In this document: positions 9,488 to 18,874 of the stretch, in pieces
Position numbering within the stretch: position 1 is the stretch's first letter
Layout of the letters: each line of letters begins with the position of its first letter
Source: a virus
Lineage: Duplodnaviria > Caudoviricetes
Virus record (IMG/VR): IMGVR_UViG_3300027887_000029
Span: 1-38,109 of that record
Reading direction: 5' to 3' (one strand)
DNA length: 38,109 bases
Position numbers and translations under genes: made by a program
Notes under the pieces: model-generated
Told to the model about the DNA's origin: nothing
Seen by the model: the letters and a program-made list of their open reading frames with translations, nothing else
The model's database searches: none

Positions 9488-11899
9488 TTATGCATAACCT
9501 TTATTAAGCATGCCCATTGGACGTTGTTCTTCCATTAATACTTCTTTGACTGCATCCTTCAACATCTTCTTATATATTCTACCTGTTCTTTCAACATCTT
9601 TAGGATCAGTCTTTCCTGAACCACCACTATTATTAACATTTACTGTATTATTAATAACTATATCTCTTCCACCACCCTTACCAAGTTGGTCATTAGGAAT
9701 AATACTTCCTGATGTTCTAGGCATGAATAGTTCTGGTCCAGCTTCTCCAACCATATAAGGTTTGTATGCGGATACTGGTCCACCGTGTTGTGCTGTTGCT
9801 ATACTAAAAGCACCACTTGCTACACCAGCTGCTTGACCTGCAGTCATTCCACTAGCTGCTGCTCCACCCCCGCCACTATAAGCACTAGATAATAAACTAA
9901 ATATAGTTCCTAACCAACCACCACTTCCTGTTGCAGACTGACCCATAATCTGATCTATTATTTTCTTCAATCCTGCTTTTAGAAATTCATTAGCTAGATA
10001 TGTTAACAAATCTTTAAACGCTTCTTTTATAGATTTAGTTCCCATAATTATTTCTGCCATTGCATCTGTAAGTCTATCTTTGGTCATATCTGAAAGATCT
10101 CGTAACACTTTTAAATTCTCATCTTCTAGTTCTCGTTTCTTAGCTTGATATATTTCATCTATTTTTTTCTTAGCTTCTGCATTATTTTTATGTAATTCTA
10201 ATTGATCTTCATACCATTGTTGCAATGCTTTTAAATCTGCTTCTCTATCTTTACCAACTGCTCTAAGATATTCTATATCAAGTTCTCTTAAAGTTTTAAT
10301 TGTTTCTCTTGTTTCATCTCTCATATTTCTATTTCTATCTTGATCCATTCTAATTAATTCTGCATCTATAACTAATAACTTTTCTTCCAGAGGAGTTAAT
10401 TGTTTTAAACTATCTTGTGCTTCCTTAGTGTATTTTTTTAGTAAATCTAAATCTTCTTCACTCATTAATGAAAAATTTTTAGTTCCTTCTCCAGAAGGAG
10501 TAGTTGGTGTTGTTTCTTTTTTTGTAGGATTAACAGATTCTTCTGCAATATCTCCTATTTCATCCCACATTTTTTTAGTTTCTGCTATTTTTTTATTTAA
10601 TTCTTCTTGTTTTATTTTTAATTTATCTTGTTGTCCAGCTAATTTTTCTGGAGCAGATAAGTTAAATTCTCCCATTCCAAGAAACGATTTAACCCAATTA
10701 GGAACTCCATCCCACATTGATCTTAAACCACTCCAGAATGCTTCTTTTATTTTGAATATAACATCATTCCAAGCATCTTCGAGTTTTACAAATAATATTT
10801 CTACTTGTCCAACCAACCAAACAAAACCAACGTGAATTGATCCTATAACATCAGATACTCCTTTTTGAAATCCTTTTATAGAATTTAACCACTGTCCAAT
10901 TTCATATCCTATAGCACCAGCTGCTATAGCTCCAAAAGCCCATCTAAGAGCATTTCCAAACTTAATCCATCTTGAAGTATCTGTATATTTTTCTATAACA
11001 GGAATACCTTTAGTAAATTTTCCAGTAGCTTCATCTATATATGGTAAATAATGTTTCATTTCTCTAGTAGCATTTGCAGTAAGACCAGCCATAGATGATA
11101 AACTACCTAATATTTTTCCACCAAGAATACTTGCTCCTATAGCACCCAAAACAACAAAATTTTCAATTAGTAATCCAAAATTTCTATTAGCAACTTTTAA
11201 TCCTTCATTTAAACCAGATAATCCAGAATCTTTTATAGTATTCCATAAACTCTTTAATCTATTATCAAACTCTTCTACATTTCTTGACAATTCTTCTGAA
11301 ACAGCAGATTTAGTTTCATTAAATCTATCTCTTAATCCTGGAAGTATTCTTAATAATTCTGTACTTCTTATACTTAATAATTCCTGAGCAAGATATAACT
11401 TTGTGGTTGGATCAGAAACTTTATTTATTGCCCCAGCAATTTCAATAAATTGATCACTAACATTCATTTTAGATAATTTACTAACACTTAATCCAAGAGC
11501 TTCAAATAAATAAGATGCTTTTCCAACTCCTCTGCTTGCATCTTGAACATTCTTATTAACAATTTGAAATGATCTTACAAGAGTATTTAAATCAATATCT
11601 GCACCTTCTAATACTTTTCTCCATCTATCCAATTCAGAAGATGATACTCCTAATTGTGCAGAAAAGTTATTAAGTTGATCAACATATTTAAATAAATCCG
11701 TAAAAAATGATCCAATTTTTTGTGCACTAAACACTCCAGCAACAACTCCAGCTAACTTACTCCACGATGCACTCATTGCACTTGTAGAACTTTTTGTTTG
11801 AGATTCTATACCTTGTATCTCTTTCTTAGCTGTATTAGAGAAACTCTTTACAGTAGCTGTACCTTTATCATCTACCTGTAGTTCAATTTTTAGTGCCAT
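9488..11899 (-). CDS. Tail tape measure protein (803 aa)
   Basis: Helical, Ala/Lys-rich; C-terminal GGPVSAYKPYMVGEAGPELFMP motif; lies between the chaperones and M. Confidence 0.92.
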   Translation of the reverse strand: MALKIELQVDDKGTATVKSFSNTAKKEIQGIESQTKSSTSAMSASWSKLAGVVAGVFSAQKIGSFFTDLFKYVDQLNNFSAQLGVSSSELDRWRKVLEGADIDLNTLVRSFQIVNKNVQDASRGVGKASYLFEALGLSVSKLSKMNVSDQFIEIAGAINKVSDPTTKLYLAQELLSIRSTELLRILPGLRDRFNETKSAVSEELSRNVEEFDNRLKSLWNTIKDSGLSGLNEGLKVANRNFGLLIENFVVLGAIGASILGGKILGSLSSMAGLTANATREMKHYLPYIDEATGKFTKGIPVIEKYTDTSRWIKFGNALRWAFGAIAAGAIGYEIGQWLNSIKGFQKGVSDVIGSIHVGFVWLVGQVEILFVKLEDAWNDVIFKIKEAFWSGLRSMWDGVPNWVKSFLGMGEFNLSAPEKLAGQQDKLKIKQEELNKKIAETKKMWDEIGDIAEESVNPTKKETTPTTPSGEGTKNFSLMSEEDLDLLKKYTKEAQDSLKQLTPLEEKLLVIDAELIRMDQDRNRNMRDETRETIKTLRELDIEYLRAVGKDREADLKALQQWYEDQLELHKNNAEAKKKIDEIYQAKKRELEDENLKVLRDLSDMTKDRLTDAMAEIIMGTKSIKEAFKDLLTYLANEFLKAGLKKIIDQIMGQSATGSGGWLGTIFSLLSSAYSGGGGAAASGMTAGQAAGVASGAFSIATAQHGGPVSAYKPYMVGEAGPELFMPRTSGSIIPNDQLGKGGGRDIVINNTVNVNNSGGSGKTDPKDVERTGRIYKKMLKDAVKEVLMEEQRPMGMLNKGYA

Positions 11900-12550
11900 C
11901 TTTTAAGTCCTCATTCCTTTTAGCTAAAGCTGCTGATAGATAAATCAGAATCTTTCTAAGAATTATATCCTCATCTTCTACACCAACTAAATCTATAACA
12001 TACTTGATATTACCTATATTAATTCCTCCCATTCCATCTATAAAAGTATTCTGGAATTGAAATAATATATCTACTACTTCCCAGTTTTCTGGAATAACTT
12101 CTATAAAACCACATGCTACACAATCAGGAATAGTTCCTGACATCATCTCTTTTGTAGTTCTACATTCCTCACAACTTATCTTTCGCTCACTAGAGTTTCT
12201 CCAGCGGGCAACTTCGATAAGTTTTTTATTTCTTCCTCCGGTATAACTCCACTTCTTAATTCTGTAATCTTACCTGTAATAAAAGCAACTACTTCTTTAT
12301 CGTATTCAAATACTATCTTCTTATTATCTTCATTACATTTAAGAGCTTTATCATCATCACCTACTATACCCTTCCAATCTAATAACGAGTAGTTGAAAAT
12401 ATTCCAGAAGTCTTCTGGTGAGAGGGTCTGTTCGGAAGGAAGTTTAGTAAGAGTAAATACGGTGAAAGGTCTTAGATTGAATTTAACATCGCTATCTTTA
12501 TCATAGTCGAACCATTGTCCTTTAGTCTTTGATACGTTGATCTTTTTCAT
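11883..12550 (-). CDS. Tail assembly chaperone GT produced by -1 programmed frameshift
   Basis: A-AAA-AAC at 12227..12221; the -1 frame reads LIEVARWRNSSERKISCEECRTTKE without a stop into ORF 11883..12146. Confidence 0.85.
12176..12550 (-). CDS. Tail assembly chaperone G (124 aa)
   Basis: Position before tape measure; LLDWKGIV motif; start ATG 12550 with GGAGG RBS; slippery site near the 3' end. Confidence 0.8.
   Translation of the reverse strand: MKKINVSKTKGQWFDYDKDSDVKFNLRPFTVFTLTKLPSEQTLSPEDFWNIFNYSLLDWKGIVGDDDKALKCNEDNKKIVFEYDKEVVAFITGKITELRSGVIPEEEIKNLSKLPAGETLVSER
12221..12227 (-). other. -1 ribosomal slippery heptamer A AAA AAC
   Basis: In-frame X XXY YYZ pattern at the canonical G/T position. 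Confidence 0.85.
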
Positions 12551-12755
12551 TGGGTTTTCCTCCACTAAAATACTTTGTTATTTGTGTAGATATTGGTAAA
12601 CATAAACTACAGTCTGGTTTAATCTTGCTCATAGCTGCTCTGGTTTTGACACATTCGATGCAAGAAATTTTCTTTTCTGCCAACCATCTCAACCACAACA
12701 GCAATTCATAATCGTCTTTTTCTAGTAGTTGATTTACAAGTGAAATTGTTTTCAT
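12522..12755 (-). CDS. 77-aa CxxC...CxxC protein paralogous to the GT frameshift extension
   Basis: RWLAEKKISCIEC...PDCSLC versus RWRNSSERKISCEEC...PDCVAC; GGGGG RBS. Confidence 0.7.
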   Translation of the reverse strand: MKTISLVNQLLEKDDYELLLWLRWLAEKKISCIECVKTRAAMSKIKPDCSLCLPISTQITKYFSGGKPNEKDQRIKD

Positions 12756-12781
12756 CGGGTTTTCCCCCTAGATATTATTTG

Positions 12782-13165
12782 TTAGTTATAACTTAGAGCT
12801 CCAGAACCAACTACATTCATTGTGAAAGTAACTAATCCCTTTGCTTCTGCATTAATAACAAATGAACTAATATAGCAGTTACCAGTGTAGTAATGAGTTC
12901 CATCAATATAGAATCTTAATGCTGTTTGTTCTGTACCAGCTAATACTGCTGCTCTTAATGCATTTTGTGAAGCGTCTAGGATATCTAGCATACCTTCCAT
13001 AGAAGCACTCCAACTATTAATTACTGGTCTTTGCATTAACCAGTCATCACCAAACTCTGTAATATCTACAACTTCTCCATTGATAGTCAATGAAAAAGTT
13101 CTCATGCGAGCTACAGTAGTATTAGTAATCTTGATTGCCGCATCTTTACCCAAAAGTTCGCTCAC
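12782..13165 (-). CDS. Major tail (tube) protein paralogue 2
   Basis: VARMRTFSLTINGEVVD shared with 13680..14090; GTG start at 13165 with GGAGG at 13174-13178. Confidence 0.8.
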   Translation of the reverse strand: MSELLGKDAAIKITNTTVARMRTFSLTINGEVVDITEFGDDWLMQRPVINSWSASMEGMLDILDASQNALRAAVLAGTEQTALRFYIDGTHYYTGNCYISSFVINAEAKGLVTFTMNVVGSGALSYN

Positions 13166-13592
13166 GTGTTTTTCCTCCATTTGTTTCTAAAATAGAATGA
13201 CAAGCCAAACAAACTGTCATCCATACTTTTGCATCCATCTGTTTATAGTTCTTTGGATTTAAACAGTTATGCATTTCTAATTTTTTATTATTAACTTTTA
13301 AACTTAAATAGTTAGAAATACCACAAACTTCACAGTATTTCTTTCCAAATAACTTTCTTGCTTTATCATGCCAATATTGTATATTCCCACCAACCCAAGC
13401 AGGATTTCTTTCGTCAAAATATTTTCCTTCTCTCCTTGATACCGACATTTTCTGTTTAGTTTCAATTCTTTTGGATTTCCTCATTTTTTCTATAGTATCT
13501 TTTTTATGTTTCTTCCCAAACATTCCATTCTTTTCACCCAAACAACTTCCAATTTTTCCTTTATTCCAAGGAATATTTCCAGTTCTAAACAT
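13146..13592 (-). CDS. NUMOD3 HNH-like protein, 'MHN' variant
   Basis: PWNKG, GEKNGMFGKKH, CEVC...LEMHNCLNPKNY...CLACH; start moved to ATG 13592 with GGAGG at 13601-13605. Confidence 0.8.
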   Translation of the reverse strand: MFRTGNIPWNKGKIGSCLGEKNGMFGKKHKKDTIEKMRKSKRIETKQKMSVSRREGKYFDERNPAWVGGNIQYWHDKARKLFGKKYCEVCGISNYLSLKVNNKKLEMHNCLNPKNYKQMDAKVWMTVCLACHSILETNGGKTRERTFG

Positions 13593-13618
13593 CTCTTTAT
13601 CCTCCAATCAGGACTAGT

Positions 13619-13677
13619 TTGAGAGTAAGACTATAGATTGGTATAGTCAAGAACCTGGCCAGTTCCTGTCCTCTCAA
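13619..13677 (-). ncRNA. Candidate three-way-junction leader RNA, copy 1
   Basis: TTGAGAG-GAC-AGGAACT(GGCCA)GGTTCTT-GACTATA(CCAATC)TATAGTC-TTA-CTCTCAA; covaries with copies at 24733 and 25706. Confidence 0.7.
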
Positions 13678-13679
13678 CT

Positions 13680-14090
13680 CTAGTTCGTAAACTTTAAATT
13701 ACCTGTTCCAGTTACGGTCATAGTGAAGTTAACTACATTCTTGTTTTCTGCATTTACAACATAGCTTGATATATATGCACCTGCTTCTGGTTCTGTAATT
13801 AGATCAACTTCATAACAACTAGTAGAATCCAAATAGAAATCTATAGCTGTAAGTTTAGTTCCATCTACATTAGCATCTCGCAATGTTGTTTGCTCTGTAG
13901 AATCCAAGTCTGTCATACCTTCTACTGTAGCAGTCCACCCGTTGATAACCTGAAGATTCTTAATCCAACTAGCTCCAAAAGCGGTGGCATCTACTACTTC
14001 ACCATTTATTGTTAACGAGAAGGTTCTCATTCTAGCAACAAGAACTCCATCTACGTTTATAAATGCCCCTTTTCCTAAAATTTCTGACAT
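13680..14090 (-). CDS. Major tail (tube) protein paralogue 1
   Basis: Follows the tail terminator; tube-like beta pattern ending FTMTVTGTGNL. Confidence 0.82.
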   Translation of the reverse strand: MSEILGKGAFINVDGVLVARMRTFSLTINGEVVDATAFGASWIKNLQVINGWTATVEGMTDLDSTEQTTLRDANVDGTKLTAIDFYLDSTSCYEVDLITEPEAGAYISSYVVNAENKNVVNFTMTVTGTGNLKFTN

Positions 14091-14101
14091 ATCTTTATCT
14101 C

Positions 14102-14527
14102 CTATATATTCTGGTGATAGAACACCCTAAGATTAAAAACGAACATGCTTTTCAAGTTATCTGGTGAAAAAGTAAACTCTGCTGTTCCAAATAAACTGTT
14201 GTTATAGTATGTGAAATCTGAAGAGTCTAAGAATTTCTCTAAGTCCTCAAGTAAGTCAAATAAATTTGAATAGTTACCAAGTCCCACATCTGCATAACCA
14301 TATACAATAATATTCAATATCCTTAGTCTTTCTGAAGTTCCTAATTCTTCATCTTGAACTTCATCACTAGCTGCAAAGAAAGCAATAACTGGTTTCATTA
14401 ATATATCATCGAAGTTAACTATACCATGGATAACTTGAGCTGGTTGTGTATTGTATCCATTTGAAGGATTGATCTTTGTTTCTATATCCGTCTTGATCTG
14501 CTCTAGTATTTCTTGTCTATCGCTCAC
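14102..14527 (-). CDS. Tail terminator / tail-completion protein
   Basis: Acidic, 141 aa, RQEILEQI...GYNT start, position just before the tube gene. Confidence 0.65.
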   Translation of the reverse strand: MSDRQEILEQIKTDIETKINPSNGYNTQPAQVIHGIVNFDDILMKPVIAFFAASDEVQDEELGTSERLRILNIIVYGYADVGLGNYSNLFDLLEDLEKFLDSSDFTYYNNSLFGTAEFTFSPDNLKSMFVFNLRVFYHQNI

Positions 14528-14973
14528 TTTGGTACCTCTTTTTCAATAGCTAATTGTATAATATCCTTTATCTTTTCTTGATTTTTTGTAATGGCTGGAG
14601 TTAGAAAAGGGCGAGCAGGAATTGTAACTTTATCAGTTCTAACCCACTGGCCATTAACTTTAAACTGCAGCCACTTTGCTGTTCTAGGCACAATAGTCCC
14701 GCCATATTCATGAATTCTAGCATAAACAACATCGCTGCCTATAGTTCCAGTAACACTACTACCTTCTGGTTTAACAGTTGTATGAATAGATCTTCGTAAC
14801 AAACCAGTTCCTACTTTTAGATTACCAGCTATTCCAAACGAAGACTTTGCTTCTTTCTCCACATAGAACATAGCATTTCTCATACCTTGAACCAAACCTT
14901 TATAGAAATCTTTTGGAAGTTCTGTAAGATACTTTATGCTTTCTGGACTTAACTTAAACTTTATATCTATCAT
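14524..14973 (-). CDS. HK97 gp10 / Mu gpG-like virion morphogenesis protein
   Basis: TGLLRRSI, YARIHEYGG, IPARPFLTPA. Confidence 0.85.
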   Translation of the reverse strand: MIDIKFKLSPESIKYLTELPKDFYKGLVQGMRNAMFYVEKEAKSSFGIAGNLKVGTGLLRRSIHTTVKPEGSSVTGTIGSDVVYARIHEYGGTIVPRTAKWLQFKVNGQWVRTDKVTIPARPFLTPAITKNQEKIKDIIQLAIEKEVPK

Positions 14974-15545
14974 GCTTCTACCCTTAACTTTTTGTATCTA
15001 TCTAATGTAATCTTTGTAGAAGGTAACAAATCTTTTACTATATAGTTTGTAGTTCCATCTTGTGCACTCTTTGAAGAAACATCTAAATCCTTTCTGTGTT
15101 TATACTTTCTAACTACTTCTTCAATACATGCTTGTTTCAAATCTAAGGGTATAGTATCATAACCAGCACTGTATTCAATTTTGATACTTTGTTCAGCTAT
15201 AGCGAATAATCCATCATAAACTATATATCTTTTATCTACTATTCTATAGTCATCTTCTCCAATAGTAGTATCGCTTCCCCATACCCAATCAATATCTTCA
15301 TTAATTTCATCAACTGAATTAATTGGATAGTTTCTTGGGAATATATATCTACTTCCATGTCCATCGTGATATTCTATATAGTTCTTTGTTTTAAACTGTT
15401 CTACTCCACAGTAATTTGCAAAGAGAACACTAACATTATTGATTAGAGATTCAAATAAGCTTTCATCAGGTTCAGCAGTAGCACCCAATCCTAGAAAATC
15501 TTTAACATCCGCTACTGTTGATAGAGCATAAGTTTCTAGACTCAT
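14970..15545 (-). CDS. Head-tail connector (gp6-like adaptor)
   Basis: TVADVKDFLG, IEYSAGYDTIPLDLKQACI; position after capsid. Confidence 0.8.
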   Translation of the reverse strand: MSLETYALSTVADVKDFLGLGATAEPDESLFESLINNVSVLFANYCGVEQFKTKNYIEYHDGHGSRYIFPRNYPINSVDEINEDIDWVWGSDTTIGEDDYRIVDKRYIVYDGLFAIAEQSIKIEYSAGYDTIPLDLKQACIEEVVRKYKHRKDLDVSSKSAQDGTTNYIVKDLLPSTKITLDRYKKLRVEA

Positions 15546-15690
15546 TCTTATCTCTCCTTACTTTCTGTATGATACTTGGTAGATTTGTTTCTTTTACTTC
15601 TTTACTTGAACACTTTGGGCACGAATCCAACTTGCTGAGCATTAATTGTCCACAACTATTACAAATCCAAACTGGTTTCTTTTCTAGCAT
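15502..15690 (-). CDS. Small Zn-ribbon protein (62 aa)
   Basis: CNSCG...CPKC; lies between capsid and connector. Confidence 0.55.
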   Translation of the reverse strand: MLEKKPVWICNSCGQLMLSKLDSCPKCSSKEVKETNLPSIIQKVRRDKNESRNLCSINSSGC

Positions 15691-15700
15691 GTTAACCTTT

Positions 15701-15732
15701 TGGAGGTAGAACCATTTCTAGTCCTACCTCCA
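15701..15732 (-). terminator. Stem-loop after the capsid gene (attenuator or mRNA-stabilising hairpin)
   Basis: TGGAGGTAGGAC...GTTCTACCTCCA 12-bp stem with one G-U pair; no U-tract on the coding strand. Confidence 0.55.
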
Positions 15733-15749
15733 TAGTTATTCAGTAACTA

Positions 15750-16931
15750 TTATAATGTACCCATTCTCACGAAGGCACTTGTAAATTTTGGTTTTCCATC
15801 CCATCTTTGAGCAAATCTAAATCTAACTTGATAGGTTGTGAATAAACCATAAGGATCCATTGCTAATGTCATGTCACCAAGTCTACGACCAATAATATAG
15901 TTCTTTAGATTTCCAAATGAAATGAAATCTGCACTTGTTGAGTCTGTAGAAGGTGCTGCATCACTTAGGATATATGGATATTCGTAAATAGTTCCAGGAA
16001 CACCACCACCTGGATTTGCAAAGATTGGTTGACCTAAACTATCTTTGATAGTTCTAACATAGTGGAATACCTTTCTGTGCATAACAAATTTTGCACCAGC
16101 TGTTTTGTTATTTGCCATCATGCTGATTGCTTCTGAAAAGTCTTCTGCAATCATATCTGCATAGCTAGTTCCTGCACCTGCATTGAAAGTAACGTCATTA
16201 GCTGTACACACATCAAAGATACCATCAAATACATTACCATTTAATACTTCACTATCTAGTCTTTGACCAATAGCTTCTGCAAATAGACCTGTTAACCAAG
16301 ATACAACGTCAATTTGAGCGTCGTCTAACATTTCTTTTGATGCAATTGAATATGCACCAAATCTAGTTGGTTGTAACACAACTTCAGTAACTGTTGGTTC
16401 GCTTTCTGAGTTTGCAACTGTTTCTGCAGCTGTATCAACTGTAACTGTAGTAGATTCTGCAGGTAGTCTTAGGGTATCTGTTCCCATATCCATAACATCG
16501 CATTCTGTTAAGCAGAATGAATTTAGTCTTGCTAGTGCTAGAATACCACCAGCATATTCTTCTGGTACTAAATAACCACCCTGACCAGCTGTAGTTTCTT
16601 CCATAGCTGCTTTTTGAATAACATCAATAACGAATTTTGCATATCTTTCTTTTAACTCTTCGTCTGCAAATTTAACTTGCATTCCTTGTTTTGCTAAATT
16701 GTAACCTTTGTAGATACTAATTCCTTTGCCTGCACCGGTTGGTAGAACCAACTTTTGAGCTGGCATTGATTCTAGCTTCTCTACTTTTTCTTTTAAACCT
16801 TTGTTGTCTTCTAGAGCTTTAGCAATTTGCTCTTTAGTAATTTCTTTTTGTTCCTTGATTTCGTTTCTAAGTGGTTCAATTATTTCTGTAATCAAACCCT
16901 TTAGTTGTTCCACATAGCTTTTATCAGCCAT
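15750..16931 (-). CDS. HK97-fold major capsid protein with N-terminal coiled-coil (delta) domain
   Basis: GGYLVPEE, SKEMLDDA, LNG, KDSLGQPIF, GTIYEYP, FGNL, RWDG. Confidence 0.95.
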   Translation of the reverse strand: MADKSYVEQLKGLITEIIEPLRNEIKEQKEITKEQIAKALEDNKGLKEKVEKLESMPAQKLVLPTGAGKGISIYKGYNLAKQGMQVKFADEELKERYAKFVIDVIQKAAMEETTAGQGGYLVPEEYAGGILALARLNSFCLTECDVMDMGTDTLRLPAESTTVTVDTAAETVANSESEPTVTEVVLQPTRFGAYSIASKEMLDDAQIDVVSWLTGLFAEAIGQRLDSEVLNGNVFDGIFDVCTANDVTFNAGAGTSYADMIAEDFSEAISMMANNKTAGAKFVMHRKVFHYVRTIKDSLGQPIFANPGGGVPGTIYEYPYILSDAAPSTDSTSADFISFGNLKNYIIGRRLGDMTLAMDPYGLFTTYQVRFRFAQRWDGKPKFTSAFVRMGTL

Positions 16932-16952
16932 TGTTTTAGTCTCCTTTTATAG

Positions 16953-17978
16953 TTATTTTACTAGTCCTTTGATAACATCTTTACAATACTCTTCAAAAGA
17001 AGACTCTTGGGAATGATCCTGGGTCTCGTTCGACCGATCTTCCTGAATTTCCATGAAGATTTTATCTATATAACTCTCTATATTATTTTGTTCTTGTTTT
17101 TCTGGAGTTTTTGACTCCATCTTTTGTTCGACAACTTCCTTTCTATTAGTGTTCTCCAAACTTTTTACTAAGTCATCTATCTTGTCATTCAATATAGATA
17201 ACTCTATTAGTATACTCTCTTGAATATCAACTTCTCTTCCTTCCATTTCTTGTTCTGTATCTTCAATCTCTTTTTGAAGTAACTCTTCTTGAACTTTCTT
17301 TAAAGATTCATTAATAGAATCAAACTCTGTTTTATCAATAGCTTTATCTTCAAATGCTTTCTCAATACCTTTTACGGTTACTGCAACTGCTGATGTATTA
17401 GATGGTAAAGGAACTGCAGAAATTTCTATTAGTTCAGACTTATTGAAAACATATCCTCCATTCTTTTCATCAAACATAGCTTCTTTCACATCTGGTCTGA
17501 AACCCATGCTGAATGAATTAATATATCCTCCAGCAAACAATTTGTATATAGTTTCTGCGAAAGGATATGTTTCAGCTTCTACAAACTTCATTTTGAATTT
17601 AAGATCCTTATCTTCCTTCCATATCTTTGTAGCTTTCCCAATAGGAGGTGAAGAATAGTCATGTGCCCAAAGAATTAGAGGATTCTTCTTGAAGTTTTTT
17701 AAATCAATACCATCAACCATAACTACGTCACCATCTCTATCAACTATCTGACTAGTAGCTATTCCTTCTAGAGTTCGTTCCTCTTTATCTGAAGATTTAA
17801 CTTCTAGACTGAAATATTTAGTTTCCATGTTTATTTCTCCTACAGCCTTATCTTTATTATCATACAAAGAACTACAGACAGCAACAGCTTGATCTTGTTC
17901 TTTACCTTCATCTATTAGTTGAGGAATACATCTACCCATGAACTCTTCTTTTGACTCACCATCATGTGGTTTTGGCAT
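16953..17978 (-). CDS. HK97-family prohead protease with a short N-terminal PKP..GES...RC extension and acidic C-terminal tail
   Basis: DRDGDVV, NPLILWAHD, PIGK, SFSMGF, ELIEISAVPLPSN. Confidence 0.93.
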   Translation of the reverse strand: MPKPHDGESKEEFMGRCIPQLIDEGKEQDQAVAVCSSLYDNKDKAVGEINMETKYFSLEVKSSDKEERTLEGIATSQIVDRDGDVVMVDGIDLKNFKKNPLILWAHDYSSPPIGKATKIWKEDKDLKFKMKFVEAETYPFAETIYKLFAGGYINSFSMGFRPDVKEAMFDEKNGGYVFNKSELIEISAVPLPSNTSAVAVTVKGIEKAFEDKAIDKTEFDSINESLKKVQEELLQKEIEDTEQEMEGREVDIQESILIELSILNDKIDDLVKSLENTNRKEVVEQKMESKTPEKQEQNNIESYIDKIFMEIQEDRSNETQDHSQESSFEEYCKDVIKGLVK

Positions 17979-18100
17979 TAGTGTTTACCTCTCTTCTTTT
18001 TTGAGTTCTTACTTGAACCTTGAGAAGTTTTCTTTTTCTTATTCTTACGTTGCTGTTCCTCTCTATCTAAATACCCATCATTCTTTTTCTTTTTGGCCAT
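17978..18100 (-). CDS. 40-aa highly basic peptide (not in the ORF track)
   Basis: MAKKKKNDGYLDREEQQRKNKKKKTSQGSSKNSKKKRGKH; GGAG RBS; TAATG overlap with the protease start. Confidence 0.55.
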   Translation of the reverse strand: MAKKKKNDGYLDREEQQRKNKKKKTSQGSSKNSKKKRGKH

Positions 18101-18251
18101 TGCTTTGTGCTCCTAATCTCTCTTGTCTCTCTTTATCTAATACTGCTGCTAGTGTTGATAAATTTACAAACTCTTTTATAGCTTTAGGTGACCTGAAGTT
18201 TCTTTCTAGTATCTCATATACTTCATCATCAATAATAACTTTACTTGGCAT
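18078..18251 (-). CDS. 57-aa protein, possibly ribbon-helix-helix (not in the ORF track)
   Basis: MPSKVIIDDEVYEILERNFRSPKAIKEFVNL...; GGAG RBS at 18258-18261. Confidence 0.55.
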   Translation of the reverse strand: MPSKVIIDDEVYEILERNFRSPKAIKEFVNLSTLAAVLDKERQERLGAQSNGQKEKE

Positions 18252-18260
18252 ATTAGTCTC

Positions 18261-18824
18261 CTAAATAAATTTTTTTGCAGCAGTATAATAACCAATCCAA
18301 TACTGCTTATTCCTAGTTGTTTTTGAATGACAACCATGACATAATGGAATTGTATTTTCTTTTCTATTGTCGTTGTGTTTATAGTTAATATGGTGAACAT
18401 CTAATATGCATCCAAAAAGATGTAAACACAACATATTTGTTATACCACATTGAAAACAAGCATTATTATATAAATTTCTAATTCTTCTATTAAAAGCAGT
18501 TACAGTATTTATATTTTTTTCAATTAAAGAGTCTTTAACTTTCTTACTAGTTTCAGGATTCTTCATTGGATTTTGTTCACCCATCATTCTATCTCTATTA
18601 ATTTGTTTCTGAATATTCCACTTCTCAGGACTAGTTTTAGATTGATGTCTATCTTTTAGCTTCTGTATATATTCTGGATTCTTATTCCTTTCAATAGCTG
18701 ATAATCTCATCTTTTCTTTTGTTGCTTCACTTCTTTTTTGTCCAATTCTAGGACTAATTGCTTTTTTTCTAAAATCTGGATCTTTCCATCTTTCTTTTAT
18801 TTGTTGACTCAATAAAATATTCAT
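18261..18824 (-). CDS. NUMOD3-type HNH homing endonuclease (HHINY type)
   Basis: RSEATKEKM, CFQCG...LDVHHINY..NDN..ENTIPLCHGCH. Confidence 0.85.
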   Translation of the reverse strand: MNILLSQQIKERWKDPDFRKKAISPRIGQKRSEATKEKMRLSAIERNKNPEYIQKLKDRHQSKTSPEKWNIQKQINRDRMMGEQNPMKNPETSKKVKDSLIEKNINTVTAFNRRIRNLYNNACFQCGITNMLCLHLFGCILDVHHINYKHNDNRKENTIPLCHGCHSKTTRNKQYWIGYYTAAKKFI

Positions 18825-18874
18825 TTTTAGAACTCCTTTTATTTTTTGTTCTAAAAATAAATAAAGTGTAGATG

